From NCBI GenBank assembly GCA_963734545.1, contig CAVTHO010000007.1, forward strand, positions 352,001-416,000: DNA of 64,000 nt, in the 5' to 3' direction. Within the stretch, counting starts at the first letter, position 1. Each line of letters opens with the position of its first letter. The position numbers were made by a program, and so were the translations under genes. Below, piece by piece: positions 60,510 through 64,000 of this stretch. The notes under the pieces were generated by a model. The model worked only from the letters and a program-made list of their open reading frames with translations, was not told the DNA's origin and searched no databases. Origin of the DNA: an uncultured Spirochaetota bacterium. Its GTDB lineage: Bacteria; Spirochaetota; Spirochaetia; SZUA-6; Fen-1364.

Positions 60510-62343
60510 CTACTCACCTATGCCGAGGTCCTCGAAAAGCTTCTTGTACATGACAAAATAGTCGGAGCTGGCGAACTCCTGGATTTTCTCATCGGGAAGC
60601 GCCTCGAGGAGCTTGTCCATGTACCCGAGCACCGTCCGAAGTTCATCCTTGAGGTTGTCCGGAATTCCCGCCGCGCTGTCCGAAGAAGTCGGGGACGCAG
60701 CCGGTTCCACATCCAGAACCTCTTCGGCCTCGAGGATCTGGTCACCAGTATCCAATCCGCTGCCTTTGGCGGACTTCGAGGAAGGCTGCGACAGAACATC
60801 CGGCTCACTTTCGAATGCGATCTCGATCTCCTTTTCAGATGACTCGGCCGCTTCCTCGTCTTCCGACACGCTCTCCAGCTCGCCGATCTCCAGATCCTCC
60901 GCAGGTGCGAATGCCGCGTCATCCCCGAGCGTTTCCGCTTCGGAGGCCAGCGCTTCGAGGTCGACTTCCGGCGCACCGGAGCCTACGCTGCCCGCGGCAT
61001 CTTCGTCCAGTGCCTCGGCCTCTGGAATGGCCTCCAGATCCTCGACCTGTTCCGGAACCGCCTCGATGACGGTGGGCTCTTCGCCCAGGTCGAGCGTTTC
61101 GAGGTCTATCGTCTCGTCGCTGCGCTCGCTCTCCGCGCGCGCCGCGCCGCCAGATGCGGAAAGGGCTTCCGGGGCTTCCGTCTCGATCTCTTCTATCCCT
61201 TCCATATCGAGGCCGGGCAACTCTTCAACATCTTCCGCGGGCGCCGGCTGAGCGGTGAGCGGTTCCGCGTCAAGCTCCTCGAGGACGAGCTCGGTGGGAA
61301 GCTCTTCCAGGGTCGCGGTCCCTCCCTCATCACCGACCTCTTCCGCAAGGGGAATAGTGTCGTCCGCGGCGAGGGCCTCTGAGGAGGATCCCAGATCGTC
61401 CATGGCCGGGACAAGCGCATCCTCCTCCAGCGAAGGAGCATTCGTATCTCGAGGCATCCCTGGCCGGTCCCGCCTCCTCCGCCTCCTCGACGAGACCCAG
61501 CGCGTCCAGGCCCGATTCGACGCGCGGCGTCTCCGCCGCCTCTTCCGTGATGTCTGCCGTATTGAGGATATTGTCCAGCTCGTCTCCCGTGAGCGCGATT
61601 GTTTCATCCTCGTCTTCGTCGAAGAACCCGCTCGGTGCCTCGGCGCCCGCCGCCGGCGCTTCCACCGCAGGGGCGCTCGCGCCCTTGCGCAGTCCGGAGA
61701 GCTCGCCGCGCAACTCGGTAAGGTCTCTCCTGATCGAACGCAGCTCGTCCTCGATTTTTGCGAGTATTTCAGCGGACGATGACGAAGCCTTCTGCGTGGA
61801 AGTGGTGACGGAGGCGAGCTCGCTCTCCAGCGCCTCCAGATCGTCGAACCGGTCTTCCTCGAGGGCGTCTTCCGAGAGAGTCACCTCCACCTCGCCCGAA
61901 TCCCGGGTCCGGGAACTCCTCTGCCCGCCGGCTCGCGCGCCCCGGGCCGGCGGGACCTCTTCCAGATCAGGCAGCTCTTCGATCCCTGCATCTTCGTACG
62001 CGGGAGCGGTGCCTTCCCCGCCCACTGTCTCGATGTCGGGAAGCTCCTCCTCTTCGGCAAGGAGCGGTTCTTCCTCCGGAACACCGACCTCGGCAGATGC
62101 CTCTTCAGGGCCGAGCTCGCTTTCCAGCTCGTTCAGCAACTTCTCCTCATCGTCGGTCAGGGTACTTTCGTCGGACGCTGCTCTGCCGATCGAGGCGCTT
62201 TTCGGCGTTTCCAGGTCGGAGAGCTCGAAGGACGACTCGCTCTCAGGGAGCTCGGATACCTCCCGCGGCTTGACCTTCACCCAGACGCCGTATTGTTCGA
62301 GTTTTTTTTCACCCGCAGGGCTGCCCTGTGTTTCCCTTGCCAT
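60510..62343 (-). CDS. very acidic low-complexity protein with ordered termini (frameshift near 61450)
   Basis: LEQYGVWVK N-terminal motif; central coiled coil; DETIALTGDELDNIL; C-terminal LKDELRTVLGYMDKLLEALP...YKKLFEDLG. Confidence 0.7.
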
Positions 62344-62380
62344 TCCTATCTCCTGAGGATGCGGTTTTGCGCTATCCCGA

Positions 62381-62407
62381 TTATCGGCAAAAGGCGCCCT
62401 CACTTTC
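62381..62407 (-). promoter_or_regulatory. sigma28 (FliA)-type promoter
   Basis: Minus strand GAAA-N15-GCCGATAA (perfect -10) ahead of the AGGAG RBS. A TTGACA also lies at 62451-62456. Confidence 0.6.
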
Positions 62408-62537
62408 GTGCAATCCGCACTAGGCTAATGTAATCCGGGTGTTTCCGGGTTGTCAATGGCGGGATCGGGCGCGGCAGGGGAGGGCACCTTTCCGCTCATT
62501 ATTATGTCGCCGGCAGCCGTTATGAGGAAAGAAGGCT

Positions 62538-62987
62538 ATGCGGCGTCTCTCCCCCATCCTCATCGTCATTTTCCTGGTCGCCTCTGTCCTGATCTTTCTC
62601 TTCGGGGACTCGGGCGTGCTTGCTTTCAGAGACCTGGAGAGCTACCGCCAGAGGCTGGCGCTGAATGTCGAGAGCCTTCAGCAGCACAACAGGAGCCTGA
62701 CGGCCGAGCTCGCGGATCTCAAAGAGAATGCCGAGCTGAATATCGTCCTTGCCCGGCGCCTGGGTCTGTACAGACCGGGCGACGCAGTGGTAAGGCTCGA
62801 AGGCCTGTCCACATCCCGGGTGGAGCGCTACGTCGTGGGGGACCTCCTGAAGCTCAGGAAGAGCGGCGGGGCACGGAGCGCGGTGGTGAAGACCGTCGCA
62901 ATATGTCTTTCGATGCTGCTCACCTTCTACGCTCTTCTTTCCGCCCGCGCGCTGCGAAGAAAAGCCCGTGGTAGTCAAGGCGGCTAG
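62538..62987 (+). CDS. FtsB/DivIC septum formation initiator family protein
   Basis: TM + FGDSG, coiled coil, ARRLGLYRPGD; extra C-terminal TM. Confidence 0.75.
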   Translation: MRRLSPILIVIFLVASVLIFLFGDSGVLAFRDLESYRQRLALNVESLQQHNRSLTAELADLKENAELNIVLARRLGLYRPGDAVVRLEGLSTSRVERYVVGDLLKLRKSGGARSAVVKTVAICLSMLLTFYALLSARALRRKARGSQGG

Positions 62988-63534
62988 CCCGGAAGCCTTC
63001 CGCTCGCTCGTACGGGTCCTCGCCTCCGGGGGCGTGGCAATCGCTCCCGGAGACACGATGTACGGCCTGGTGGGCATTGCTCCCGATTCGGGAGACCGGA
63101 TCCGGGAGATCAAGGGCAGGGGAGAGGACAAGCCGTTTCTCCAGCTCCTCCCGGATCCATCCTGGGTAGCGAAGTTTTCCCCGCTCGCCGCGCCTGCGAA
63201 CCTCCTGAAGCACTGGCCGGGCCCCCTGACACTCGTGTTTCCCGCCCGCGAGGGGGGGACGGTCGCCCTTCGCGTCCCTGACTCGCATTTTCTCCGGGAA
63301 CTGCTCGAGGCTGTCGGGCGACCGCTCTATTCCACGAGCGTGAATCGGGCGGGCGCTGCTCCCCTCCAGAGGGTGGAAGAAATGCGGCGGGAGTTTGAAG
63401 ACGTGGTGGATCTCATCTACGACGCAGGAGATCTCCCGCCCGGCCCTCCTTCCACGCTGGTGGACGTCACCTCCCGGCCCTGCAGGGTCCTCCGCCCCGG
63501 TGCTCTGCTGCTTTCCCCCGACGATCTCGCCTGA
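62968..63534 (+). CDS. tsaC: L-threonylcarbamoyladenylate synthase (YrdC/Sua5)
   Basis: PGDTMYGL, KGR...KP, WPGPLTLV, STSVN, PSTLVD. Confidence 0.9.
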   Translation: MVVKAASPEAFRSLVRVLASGGVAIAPGDTMYGLVGIAPDSGDRIREIKGRGEDKPFLQLLPDPSWVAKFSPLAAPANLLKHWPGPLTLVFPAREGGTVALRVPDSHFLRELLEAVGRPLYSTSVNRAGAAPLQRVEEMRREFEDVVDLIYDAGDLPPGPPSTLVDVTSRPCRVLRPGALLLSPDDLA

Positions 63535-63538
63535 GCCT

Positions 63539-64000
63539 TCAGAAAATCAAGCCCATGACATCTTCCATCGTGGACACCGGTTGAAACGTGATGCCCTCCC
63601 GTACGTGATCGGGAATCTCGTCGAGGTCCTTCTGGTTTGCCTGGGGATATATCACCTTTCTTATCCTGTTCCGCCGCGCGGCGATCACTTTCTCCTTGAG
63701 CCCGCCGATGGGGAGAACACGGCCCACGAGTGACAGTTCGCCCGTCATGGCGAGCGATTTCTGGATCTTCTTCCCCGTCGCAAGGGACAACAGCGCGGAT
63801 GCCAGCGTGATGCCCGCGGAAGGTCCATCCTTCGGGGTTGCGCCGGCAGGCACGTGGAGGTGGATGAGATTCTTCTCCCAGAAATCGGCGCTCACCCCGT
63901 GCCCCGCGGCTATGTGCCGCACGTAGGAGTAGGCGATGTTCGCGGATTCCTGCATCACTTCACCCAGTTTTCCCGTCAGCTTGAACCCTTCCTTGCCTTC
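63539..64000 (-). CDS. lon: Lon protease, C-terminal part (gene starts beyond the window)
   Basis: HLHVPAGATPKDGPSAG, AMTGE, IGGLKEK. Confidence 0.95.
   Translation of the reverse strand, partial: EGKEGFKLTGKLGEVMQESANIAYSYVRHIAAGHGVSADFWEKNLIHLHVPAGATPKDGPSAGITLASALLSLATGKKIQKSLAMTGELSLVGRVLPIGGLKEKVIAARRNRIRKVIYPQANQKDLDEIPDHVREGITFQPVSTMEDVMGLIF

Noticed and set aside
1471-62343. Widespread pseudogenisation or programmed recoding in the many split genes
   Set aside because: Breaks are single-base, hit essential genes, lack slippery/SD signals (except prfB) and leave motifs intact, as expected for long-read error.

Overview
GC-rich bacterial chromosomal window of mostly housekeeping genes. 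Gene content and order point to a spirochaete (class Spirochaetia): DUF212-rnfCDEA-GH57, prfB-cheY-PEGA-ftsY-lolCDE, mcsA-mcsB-clpC, efp-epmA, two maf/DUF115 genes, ftsB-tsaC-lon. Many otherwise intact genes are split by single-base indels. These look like long-read errors, so I annotate them as CDS rather than pseudogenes. The exception is the real programmed +1 site in prfB. I found no rRNA, tRNA, IS/transposase, prophage or true CRISPR array. Most interesting signals: (1) a 3-unit array of ANGGAN-hexaloop hairpins at the 3' end of the GH57 gene, resembling a CsrA-binding sponge; (2) an orphan Cas2-fold gene missed as such by the ORF track, just upstream of prfB and bracketed by hairpin repeats; (3) a dispersed, covarying CGG-TAYW-CCG hairpin repeat family in at least 8 places, including in-frame inside coding sequence; (4) a GntR-panE-M20-ABC transporter-S58(ThnT-like)-panB cluster suggesting pantothenate/pantetheine salvage; (5) a sigma28-type promoter in front of an acidic disordered protein and two Maf-like genes. 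All functional calls come from motifs read by eye; no database search was run.
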